From Octopus vulgaris (lineage: Eukaryota), in assembly GCA_951406725.2 (NCBI GenBank), contig OX597818.1:100936001-101000000 (forward strand): a DNA stretch of 64,000 bases, given 5' to 3'. The position numbers were made by a program, and so were the translations under genes. A model generated the notes under the pieces. That model was given only the letters and a program-made list of their open reading frames with translations. It was not told where the DNA came from and made no database searches. Positions within the stretch are counted from its first letter, which is position 1. The number at the start of each line of letters is the position of its first letter. Positions 35,941 through 46,719 of this stretch are shown here, in pieces.

Positions 35941-37288
35941 ATGGAAGGGAGAAATTACTCTGAAATTTCGACGGAAGTATCGACATCTGAGGAGGAGTTG
36001 GCGGTGAAAAAGATGGACGGCACCTACGCAGGTGTAACGAAGAAGTCAACGGAAAAAGAGATAGACCTGGCTAAGTTGGCGGGCCTCCAGGAGTTTGTGA
36101 AGGAGGACGAGAACGGTGAAGTCGAGCTGCTGCATCCAGTAGGGCGCGGAGACTGGTTCCATCGTAGAACCATTAAATATAAAGTATTTATGAATGGAGG
36201 TAGAAAGATGGAAGTAATCAACATGGAAGCAATTGAAGAGGCTCTCAAGCAGACAGGAGAGGAAATTGTGTACATGACAAAAGGATTACAATACGGAACC
36301 ATAACGGTGCAATTTAAAAGCGAAAAAGCAGCCAGGAATGTAGCAGCCAAGGTGGTGAGTACAGAAAAGATTTACTTGTTACCCTCGTATCTGAATAGGC
36401 GGACAACCAGAATTAGGGTGGAGGGAATACCTCCACACCTAGAGGGCGAATTAATAACGGCTGCGGTTATAAAAGGAAATGAAGATAAAGTGGACATCCT
36501 CCACGCCATTATGAAGTATGAAGGCGTGAGAGGTGCCACACTAGTTATGAACATTCAAACGGAGGCGGATGTTATAGAGAGGATTACGGACAGCATAAAA
36601 ACTGGAAATATTATTATGAGAGTGTGGGTGGAGGGTAGGGCGCCCAGGTGCTACAAGTGTGGCCAAAGGGGTCACATAAGAGCCTACTGCCCTCCCCCAC
36701 CAAAGGAAAAAAGAAAAGGAAAGCGTTGAGGAGGCCTCAGGAGAGGAAGAAAATAAACAGAAACAAACAGAGAAGGAAACGACAGAAGAAGAGGAGATGC
36801 AACAAGAGTGGAAAGAAGGGGGAACAAAGAGAAAAAGAAAGAAAAAGAAAAACTGTGCGAAGCCCCAACCCACCCCAACACCACCCGCACCCTCTGAATC
36901 CCACCCTTCCCCTACAGACAGTGAACACACCCGCTCCCCTCCAACAAGAAAACAAAAGAAAAATACAGACAGACAAGAGTTTGAAAATGAACCCAGGCCG
37001 AACATTTATATTGTGACCGAACAGAAAGAGGTTGAAAGGGTAATGGAGGAGTATGAATGGTATGAAATGGATGGGACCAGATATGCAGTGCTGGAAAAGA
37101 AGAATATAGATGAGTTTATGTTGAGGTGTGAAAGGGTGAATTGGGAGGTGAAAGATATAAGAATGAGCGATGAATTCGTGGAATATATGGAGGACAGTTT
37201 CGGAGTAAGAATGGATATGGATGGTCTTCGTATTGGGAATGAACATTCAGGTGACAGTGAAAACAAAAGGTCAGGTAAGTGGTGCTAG
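35941..37288 (+). pseudogene. ORF1 copy 13 (type A), +1 A-run frameshift
   Basis: ORFs 35815-36729 and 36797-37288. Confidence 0.7.
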
Positions 37289-37649
37289 CGGATGGGGCCG
37301 TTGGCACCGCTTTCATATATCATTTTCAAAATTCATTTTACTCATATCTATGTAATTGTGATGTTCTATGTCCCCAATGTTTGTAACGTCCTCTCTATGT
37401 AGCCCCTAGTGGGTAATAAAGAAATCAATAGATCTCATTCGTATTTTTGGATTCGCTGGGACTGGGTGTTTTTTTTTCGCTCGTGAAATTCGGTAAAAAA
37501 GAACAAAAGGCGTTGTTGTTGTTGTGGAAATTCTGAACGGCGTTGATGCGGTTTCGCGTCTCACTGGTTCTGCGCGTTACACTTTTTCGGTTCGGGAGGC
37601 CGTTTTTCGGTCTGAGGCGACTATAAGCCGCCTCCGTCAAGCGGAGGAG

Positions 37650-38997
37650 ATGGAAGGGAGAAATTACTCTGAAATTTCGACGGAAGTATCGACATCTGAG
37701 GAGGAGTTGGCGGTGAAAAAGATGGAAGGCACCTACGCAGGTGTAACGAAGAAGTCAACGGAAAGAGAGATAGACCTGGCTAAGTTGGCGGGCCTCCAGG
37801 AGTTTGTGAAGGAGGACGAGAACGGTGAAGTTGAGCTGCTGCATCCAGTAGGGCGCGGAGACTGGTTCCATCGTAGAACCATTAAATATAAAGTATTTAT
37901 GAATGGAGGTAGAAAGATGGAAGTAATCAACATGGAAGCAATTGAAGAGGCTCTCAAGCAGACAGGAGAGGAAATTGTGTACATGACAAAAGGATTACAA
38001 TACGGAACCATAACGGTGCAATTTAAAAGCGAAAAAGCAGCCAGGAATGTAGCAGCCAAGGTGGTGAGTACAGAAAAGATTTACTTGTTACCCTCGTATC
38101 TGAATAGGCGGACAACCAGAATTAGGGTGGAGGGAATACCTCCACACCTAGAGGGCGAATTAATAACGGCTGCGGTTATAAAAGGAAATGAAGATAAAGT
38201 GGACATCCTCCACGCCATTATGAAGTATGAAGGCGTGAGAGGTGCCACACTAGTTATGAACATTCAAACGGAGACGGATGTTATAGAGAGGATTACGGAC
38301 AGCATAAAAACTGGAAATATTATTATGAGAGTGTGGGTGGAGGGTAGGGCGCCCAGGTGCTACAAGTGTGGCCAGAGGGGTCACATAAGAGCCTACTGCC
38401 CTCCCCCACCAAAGGAAAAAAGAAAAGGAAAGCGTTGAGGAAGCCTCAAGAGAGGAAGAAAATAAACAGAAACAAACAGAGAAGGAAACGACAGAAGAAG
38501 AGGAGATGCAACAAGAGTGGAAAGAAGGGGGAACAAAGAGAAAAAGAAAGAAAAAGAAAAACTGTGCGAAGCCCCAACCCACCCCAACACCACCCGCACC
38601 CTCTGAATCCCACCCTTCCCCTACAGACAGTGAACCCACCCGCTCCCCTCCAACAAGAAAACAAAAGAAAAATACAGACAGACAAGAGTTTGAAAATGAA
38701 CCCAGGCCGAACATTTATATTGTGACCGAACAGAAAGAGGTTGAAAGGGTAATGGAGGAGTATGAATGGTATGAAATGGATGGGACCAGATATGCAGTGC
38801 TGGAAAAGAAGAATATAGATGAGTTTATGTTGAGGTGTGAGGGGGAGAATTGAGAGGTGAAAGATGTAAGAATGAGCGATGAATTCGTGGAATATATGGA
38901 GGACAGTTTCGGAGTAAGAATGGATATGGATGGTCTTCGTATTGGGAATGAACATTCAGGTGACAGTGAAAACAAAAGGTCAGGTAAGTGGTGCTAG
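37650..38997 (+). pseudogene. ORF1 copy 14 (type A), +1 A-run frameshift and TGG-to-TGA nonsense
   Basis: ORFs 37524-38438 and 38506-38853, the latter ending in a premature TGA. Confidence 0.75.
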
Positions 38998-39361
38998 CGG
39001 ATGGGGCCGTTGGCACCGCTTTCATATATCATTTTCAAAATTCATTTTACTCATATCTATGTAATTGTGATGTTCTATGTCCCCAATGTTTGTAACGTCC
39101 CCTCTATGTAGCCCCTAGTGGGTAATAAAGAAATCAATAGATCTCATTCGTATTTTTGGATTCGCTGGGACTGGGTGTTTTTTTTTTTCGCTCGTGAAAT
39201 TCGGTAAAAAAAGAACAAGGAGCGTTGTTGTTGTTGTGGAGGTTCTGAACGGCGTTGATGCGGTTTCGCGTCTCACTGGTTCTGCGCGTTACACTTTTTC
39301 GGTTCGGGAGGCCGTTTTTCGGTCTGAGGCGACTATGAGCCGCCTCTATCAAGCGGAGGAG

Positions 39362-40663
39362 ATGGAAGGGAGAATTTACTCTGAAATTTCGACGGAAGTA
39401 TCGACATCTGAGGAGGAGTTGGCGGTGAAAAGGATGGAAGGCACCTGCGCAGGTGTAACGAGGAAGTCAACGGAAAGAGAGATGGACCTGGCTAAGTTGG
39501 CGGGCCTCCAGGAGTTTGTGAAGGAGGACGAGAACGGTGAAGTCGAGCTGCTGAATCCAGTAGGGCGCGGAGACTGGTTCCATCGTGGAACCATTAAATA
39601 TAAAGTGTTTATGAATGGAGGTGGAAGGATGGAAGTAATCAACATGGAAGCAGTTGAAGGGGCTCTCAAGCAGACAGGAGAGGAAATTGTGTACATGACA
39701 AGAGGATTACGGTGCGGAACCATGGCGGTGCAATTTAAAAGCGAAAGAGCAGCCAGGAATGTAGCAGCCAGGGTGGTGAGTACAGAAAGGATTTACTTGT
39801 TGCCCTCGTATCTGAATGGGCGGACAGCCGGAATTGGGGTGGAGGGAATACCTCCACACCTGGAGGGCGAATTAATGACGGCTGCGGTTATAAAAGGAAA
39901 TGAAGATAAAGTGGACATCCTCCACGCCATTATGAAGTATGAAGGCGTGAGAGGTGCCACACTAGTTATGAACATTCAAACGGAGGCGGATGTTATAGAG
40001 AGGATTACGGACAGCATAAAAACTGGAAATATTATTATGAGAGTGTGGGTGGAGGGTAGGGCGCCCAGGTGCTACAAGTGTGGCCAGAGGGGTCACATAA
40101 GAGCCTACTGCCCTCCCCCACCACAGGAAAAAGAAAAGGAAAGCGTTGAGGAAGCCTCAAGAGAGGAAGAAAATAAACAGAAACAAACAGAGAAGGAAAC
40201 GACAGAAGAAGAGGAGATGCAACAAGAGTGGAAAGAAGGGGGAACAAAGAGAAAAAGAAAGAAAAAGAAAAACTGTGCGAAGCCCCAACCCACTCCGACA
40301 CCACCCATACCCTTGGAGTCCCACCCTTCCCCTGCAAACAGCGATTCCACCCACTCCCCGCCTACAAGAAAAACAAAAACAGACACACAGAGCAAAGAAA
40401 GTCCCAAGACCCACTTTTTATGTATTATACATGGGAAAGACATACAAAACGTTAAAAAACGGGTGTTAACCAAGTGGTACGAACACGAAGATTGTAGCTA
40501 CACGGCTGTGGATAGTGATGATACGGGTATATTGGCGAGAAGGTTTGAGGAAGAGGGTGTGTGTTGGAAGTCAGTGGAAATGAAAGATGAATGGATAGAG
40601 ATGGCTAAAAGAAAAACGAATGTTGTGATAGGAAAAAAAGGAATACTAATTGGAAATGGGTGA
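39362..40663 (+). CDS. ORF1 copy 15 (type B), intact but A-to-G hypermutated in the 5' part
   Basis: Protein shows GTCAG, REMD, HRGT, GGGRM, AVEGA, TRGLRCGTMA, ERAA, NGRTAGIGV and ELMT relative to consensus. Confidence 0.8.
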   Translation: MEGRIYSEISTEVSTSEEELAVKRMEGTCAGVTRKSTEREMDLAKLAGLQEFVKEDENGEVELLNPVGRGDWFHRGTIKYKVFMNGGGRMEVINMEAVEGALKQTGEEIVYMTRGLRCGTMAVQFKSERAARNVAARVVSTERIYLLPSYLNGRTAGIGVEGIPPHLEGELMTAAVIKGNEDKVDILHAIMKYEGVRGATLVMNIQTEADVIERITDSIKTGNIIMRVWVEGRAPRCYKCGQRGHIRAYCPPPPQEKEKESVEEASREEENKQKQTEKETTEEEEMQQEWKEGGTKRKRKKKKNCAKPQPTPTPPIPLESHPSPANSDSTHSPPTRKTKTDTQSKESPKTHFLCIIHGKDIQNVKKRVLTKWYEHEDCSYTAVDSDDTGILARRFEEEGVCWKSVEMKDEWIEMAKRKTNVVIGKKGILIGNG

Positions 40664-41038
40664 AGAAGGACAGACAAGTGATGCTGGCGGATGGGGCCGT
40701 CGGTATCACTCTCATATATCATTTTCATATTCCATTGTGCTCATATATATGTAATTGTGATGTTCTATGTCCCCAATGTTTGTAACGTCCCCTCTATGTA
40801 GCCCCTAGTGGGTAATAAAGAAAAGATTCGTATTTTTGGATTTGCTGGGACTGGGTGTTTTTTTTTCGCTCGTAAAATTCGGTAAAAAAGAACAAAAAGC
40901 GTTGTTGTTGTTGTGGAAATTCTGAACGGCGTTGATGCGGTTTCGCGTCTCACTGGTTCTGCGCGTTACACTTTTTCGGTTCGGGAGGCCGTTTTTCGGT
41001 CTGAGGCGACTATGAGCCGCCTCCATCAAGCGGAGGAG

Positions 41039-42339
41039 ATGGAAGGGAGAATTTACTCTGAAATTTCGACGGAAGTATCGACATCGGAGGAGGAGTTGGC
41101 GGTGAAAAAGATGGAAGGCACCTACGCAGGTGTAACGAAGAAGTCAACGGAAAGAGAGATAGACCTGGCTAAGTTGGCGGGCCTCCAGGAGTTTGTGAAG
41201 GAGGACGAGAACGGTGAAGTTGAGCTGCTGCATCCAGTAGGGCGCGGAGACTGGTTCCATCGTAGAACCATTAAATATAAAGTATTTATGAATGGAGGTA
41301 GAAAGATGGAAGTAATTAACATGGAAGCAATTGAAGAGGCTCTCAAGCAGACAGGAGAGGAAATTGTGTACATGACAAAAGGATTACAATACGGAACCAT
41401 AACGGTGCAATTTAAAAGTGAAAAAGCAGCCAGGAATGTAGCAGCCAAGGTGGTGAGTACAGAAAAGATTTACTTGTTACCCTCGTATCTGAATAGGCGG
41501 ACAACCAGAATTAGGGTGGAGGGAATACCTCCACACCTAGAGGGCGAATTAATAACGGCTGCGGTTATAAAAGGAAATGAAGATAAAGTGGACATCCTCC
41601 ACGCCATTATGAAGTATGAAGGCGTGAGAGGTGCCACACTAGTTATGAACATTCAAACGGAGGCGGATGTTATAGAGAGGATTACGGACAGCATAAAAAC
41701 TGGAAATATTATTATGAGAGTGTGGGTGGAGGGTAGGGCGCCCAGGTGCTACAAGTGTGGCCAAAGGGGCCACATAAGAGCCTACTGCCCTCCCCCACCA
41801 AAGGAAAAAGAAAAGGAAAGCGTTGAGGAAGCCTCAAGAGAGGAAGAAAATAAACAGAAACAAACAGAGAAGGAAACGACAGAAGAAGAGGAGATGCAAC
41901 AAGAGTGGAAAGAAGGGGGAACAAAGAGAAAAAGAAGAAAAAGAAAAACTGTGCGAAGCCCCAACCCACTCCGACACCACCCATACCCTTGGAGTCCCAC
42001 CCTTCCCCTGCAAACAGCGATTCCACCCACTCCCCGCCTACAAGAAAAACAAAAACAGACACACAGAGCAAAGAAAGTCCCAAGACCCACTTTTTATGTA
42101 TTATACATGGGAAAGACATACAAAACGTTAAAAAACGGGTGTTAACCAAGTGGTACGAACACGAAGATTGTAGCTACACGGCTGTGGATAGTGATGATAC
42201 GGGTATATTGGCGAGAAGGTTTGAGGAAGAGGGTGTGTGTTGGAAGTCAGTGGAAATGAAAGATGAATGGATAGAGAGGGCTAAAAGAAAAACGAATGTT
42301 GTGATAGGTAAAAAAGGAATACTAATTGGAAATGGGTGA
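41039..42339 (+). pseudogene. ORF1 copy 16 (type B), 1-nt A-run deletion
   Basis: ORFs 40913-42145 and 41905-42339. Confidence 0.7.
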
Positions 42340-42694
42340 AGAAGGACAGACAAGTGATGCTGGCGGATGGGGCCGTCGGTATCACTCTCATATATCATTT
42401 TCATATTCCATTTTGCTCATATATATGTAATTGTGATGTTCTATGTCCCCAATGTTTGTAACGTCCCCTCTATGTAGCCCCTAGTGGGTAATAAAGAAAA
42501 GATTCGTATTTTTGGATTCGCTAGGACTGGGTGTTTTTTTTTTACGCTCGTAAAATTCGGTAAAAAAGAACAAAAAGTGTTGTGGTTGTTGTGGAAATTC
42601 TGAACGGCGTTGACGCGGTTTCGCGTTTCGCTCGTTCTGCGCGTTACACTTTTTCTGTTTTGGCGGCCGTTTTCGGTCTGTCAGACAGAAGGAG

Positions 42695-44118
42695 ATGGAC
42701 TATGAGTCTCTAACAGATTTGTCCACGACAGATGAGGAACTGGAACAGGCAATTACAATGAAGCTGATAGAAGAAAAGGCTGGAGTTTTCGAGTCTTTAT
42801 CAGACTTGTCTGAGAAGGAGCTAGAAATGGCAGCAAGGAAATTGGACGAGAAGCTGGGATATACCTACGCCGGTGTAACCAAGAAGGCGGAAGAGAAAGG
42901 GGTCGACTTGGCCAAGCTACCAAGTTACCAGAAATACATGAAAAAGGAAAGCGGTGAGGTGGAACTATCACCGACACCCAGGAGAAAAGAATGGTATGAT
43001 AAGAGGACCATTATTTACAGGGTGTTCGCAAACGAAAGGAAGAGGGTAGAAGTTGTAACCATGGAATGGATAGAGGAAGCCCTGCGAAGAACTGAGGAGG
43101 AAATTAATTTTCTGACTCGAGGATCCAAGTACGGTACCGTTGTGGTACATTTTAAAAGTGAATCTGCAGCGAGGAAGATGGCGGCGAAGGCGGTGAAGTC
43201 AGAAAAGGTAACACTGTTACCTACGTATTTAAACAAAAGGATTACACGAATAAGGGTGGAGGGAGTGCCCCCAAACGTGGAGGCAGAGTGGATTGTGGCG
43301 GCTGTGATCAGCGGCCACGAGGACGAAGTGGATATTCTCCATGCCTCGGTTAAGTCCGAGGGTTGGAGAGGCGTAACAGTGGAGCTGAACGTACAGGCGG
43401 AGAACGAGGTACTGGTGGACCTTGCGGAAAGCATCAGACAGGGAGACGTGATCATGAGAGTGTGGGTGGAGGGCCGGGCTCCACGTTGTTACAAGTGTGG
43501 CCTGAGGGGTCACATAAGAGCCTTCTGCCCTCCCCCAGGGAAAGAAATGGAGTCCGAACCACAGAGAGAGAAGCAGAAACCAGAGGAGAAGCAGAAACGA
43601 GTAGAAGAGGAAGAGAATACACAGAAATGGAAGGAAGTTGGAAATAAGAGGAAGAGAAGAATGCGAGAAAAAAAAGAAAATAACATGGAACACCAATCTA
43701 CCCCAAAACCACCCACACCCTTTGAGTCCCACCCTATCCATGCAGACATTGAACCCACCCGCTCCCCCCAACAAGAAAACAAAAGAAAAAAAAAGAATAC
43801 ACACACAGACAAGAGATTGAATTCGATATCAGGCCGTACATTTGTACTATGACTGAACAGAAAGAAGTTAAAAGTCTAATGGAAGAGTATAAATGGTACG
43901 AAGTTGGTGAGACTAGGTATGCTGTGATTGAAAAGAAGAACATAGGTGAGTTTATGGTGAGGTGTGAAAGGGAGAATTGGGAGGTGAAAGATATAAGAAT
44001 GAGCGATGAATTCGTGGAAAATATGGATGAGTATTTCGGAGTAAGAATGGATATGGAATTTATTCGTATTGGCAAAGAACATTCAAGGGACGATGAAAAA
44101 CAAAGGACAGGTAAGTGA
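42695..44118 (+). pseudogene. ORF1 copy 17, divergent subfamily, frameshifted before its type-A-like C-terminal module
   Basis: 385-aa ORF with TYAGVTKK, RIRVEGVPPN and CYKCGLRGHIRAFC. Continues in another frame as TEQKEVKSLMEEYKWYE... Confidence 0.8.
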
Positions 44119-44504
44119 TGCTGACGGATGGGGCCGTTGGTATCGCTTTCATTTTATCATTTTTTCGTTTAACAATTCATTTTCATAAATTTTAATTATA
44201 ATGTTCTATGTCCCCATGTCTTGTGGTGTCCCCCTCTGTGTCGCCCCCTGGTGGGTAATAAAGAAATGTGATGCTGACGGATGGGGCCGTTGGTATCGCT
44301 TTCATAATATCATTTTCTTTCACTTAACAATTCATTTTTCATAAATTTTAATTATAAATGTTCTATGTCCCCATGTCTTTTTGTGTCCACCTCTGTGTCG
44401 CCCCTAGTGGGTAATAAAGAAATCGCATAGTTTGTCCGATGTTACAGATATCGGACGGGTATGTTTGATTCTTAGTATTTTCAAATCTAAATCAAAAGAA
44501 ATCT

Positions 44505-44564
44505 CTGAGCTGATGAAGGAAAAGTGGCGTTTTACCCACAAATCCAGAAACAGACTGTCCTCGG
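44505..44564 (+). ncRNA. Type I minimal hammerhead ribozyme
   Basis: Stem I CTGAG/CTCGG; core CTGATGA; stem II GGA..GTGG/CCAC..TCC; GAAA; stem III ACAG-A-CTGT; predicted cleavage GTC| after 44559. Confidence 0.85.
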
Positions 44565-44847
44565 GTATCGTATATGGATGTGATCTTTCATTGTTTTTCC
44601 CTTATTCCTATGTGAGTTATTTTTCTGAGTATACATTGTCTGGAGACTTTTATTTGCAGTTGAAGAAATAGCCAGGTTTTTGGCTGCTATTTCGGAAAAG
44701 TTCGGTGTGTGGTAAAGTGAATTCTTTTACTTTACCATATTTTTATAAATTAATACTTCAAATATACCGTAAATGGTCTTTACATACCGAATACTGCTTG
44801 GTCGAATTTATTAATAATTAATGGATTCGACCCCCATTTTCTCATAA
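44558..44847 (+). repeat. Right 290-bp direct repeat, ending just before a (TA)n run
   Basis: Matches 14911-15200. Confidence 0.95.
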
Positions 44848-46164
44848 ACTTATATATATATATATTGTATGTGTTTGTGAGTGTAATTGTACGTGTATAC
44901 GAAAATAAGATAATATATCAATAGAAAAACCATATAGATGAACGAATGAGTGATTACACGAACGATATTGTATTAATCTAGAAATACAATAACGTCGATA
45001 TCTGTGTAAAAGAAAGAAAAATGCGACATATAAAATTATATCCCGATGTAGAGATTGTGATGAAGGCATAACGAAACAATCCACAATCGTAACTGTTGGA
45101 AATCACACATTAATACAATATCTTCTATTTACATCTCTAATACTAACTCTAAACACTAGACAACACACACATGTGACATCTTTGACAATTTCCTTTAGCG
45201 TGTGATGTTATAGCACATGATGTTTCATATTCTTGAATGCAGAATCAATCAAATTTTATTGGCGATCAGCTGTTGATGGTGATGGAGTCGTATTTACACT
45301 TCCAATAAAATACTATAACTTATACAACAATTTGTTCTGCGAGCAATATAGAGCAATTACTGCAGACAATTCTGTCGCTTCTTCTGATGTCATCATTGTT
45401 TTATTGGTCTTTGAATAAATTCGCAGACATTATATCAGTATGGTAACTAAATTCTGATCTCTTATCATAAAGATCTCTTCTAAGTTACTAAGGTAATATC
45501 GATTGGTTAAGCCCAGTACAATAAATGTTTATCAAATCTGATGCTATGAACCAAAAGAGAATTCGATTCTATAACAGAGAAGAATTTAAGGATGCTAAAA
45601 TTAACTTTCCACAAGCGTATTTATATTCTGTTTATGCATCTTTTACAATATAAAATTGCCCCTGAAGTTTGAAGTGTAATTTATTCAATGTTCTACGTGC
45701 ATAGTAGATTAAAATATATTTTAATTTAATCGGTCATAAAGATAATATCATAGAGAATGACTGTTCATGAAGGACATTTTAATTACGAAAATTACAAATA
45801 TTACTGGGCGTCTAGTTCGTTCATCGAATCGATATGATGTCAGCCAACCTTTCATTCATATGCATTGCGAACAGGCTCTAATTTCACTATTAAATCTCTG
45901 TGCAGATTGCCTTCAATGCAATGGAAAGTGTCGATATATCGGTGGCTGATTTACTTTCTTTTGCTGCATTTACTTGTAGTCATCGTTCAATGATGTTAGT
46001 CATTTGCATATTGGAAAATACATGTTTATACCATGCAACGCCACAATAAATGAGGATCTAAAGTATACTACACAATTGAAACATGCTCTATGAACAAACT
46101 TTGATAGCTAAATAAAATGAGGATGTTACTGCTAATTCAATTCAATTAGTATTATTATTATTAT

Positions 46165-46648
46165 TGAATGAGAGAGCAGTGCATGCCATCAAATTGACAC
46201 TGGGGTAAAATATACGAAGCTCAGTATACCCATCATGACTACCCGTCTGATAAGGGTACACCAGGAACATGCATCACAACCATATGTGCGTGACATGGTG
46301 ATCTCATATCAAGATAAAGAGCGCATGGCCTTGCATGTGGGGCCTAGGTAGAATTTTCGTCAGGTCGAGTAGCCCATCCCGATCAAAATGTCTCTGAATA
46401 AAGATTGTTTAAGGGTGTTGAACGAACCACCCATGTTTCCAAAGGTGAATTATCCAAACCTCCAAAAATTACTTTCAACACAGAGCTATGATGCGCCCCT
46501 ACAATTTCTGCTCGTGATCAGAGATGCACATATCGTCAGTCAGTAAGTGATATGGTCAACTGGTTACGGTCAAACAACTGACAAGCAAATCCGTGGTATT
46601 GAGCAGAATATTTGCTGTAGCCCATCTTTTGTAACATGTAGGCCATAT
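46165..46648. repeat. Probable interspersed repeat inserted in (ATT)n
   Basis: A ~480-bp block of higher GC bounded on both sides by (ATT)n runs. Family not determined. Confidence 0.4.
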
Positions 46649-46719
46649 TATTATTATTGTTGTTTTTGTTTTTGTTGGTACTGTTGATACTGTTATAATC
46701 ATTATTCTGGTTTAGCTCA

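Larger units (their letters stand above)
15295..44424 (+). mobile_element. Head-to-tail array of 17 ORF1-only non-LTR retroelements (~1.7 kb each) plus a 3'-UTR fragment
   Basis: Unit starts at ~15295, 17005, 18713, 20422, 22108, 23815, 25522, 27229, 28916, 30623, 32331, 34039, 35719, 37427, 39136, 40824 and 42500; 3' fragment at 44268-44424. Each unit is a T-rich 5' UTR, ORF1, and a 3' UTR ending GCCCCTAGTGGGTAATAAAGAAA (slightly varied in unit 17). No RT or endonuclease. Confidence 0.9.

Noticed and set aside
39219-39877. Diversity-generating-retroelement-style adenine mutagenesis or APOBEC editing as the cause of the hypermutation
   Set aside because: DGRs give A-to-N and need an RT and template repeat, but here the changes are essentially only A-to-G. 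APOBEC would give sense-strand G-to-A in the odd copy, the opposite polarity.
15272-44082. Recurrent minus-strand and alternate-frame ORFs in each array unit
   Set aside because: These are shadows of the purine-rich ORF1 and recur only because the DNA is repeated. No domain motifs.
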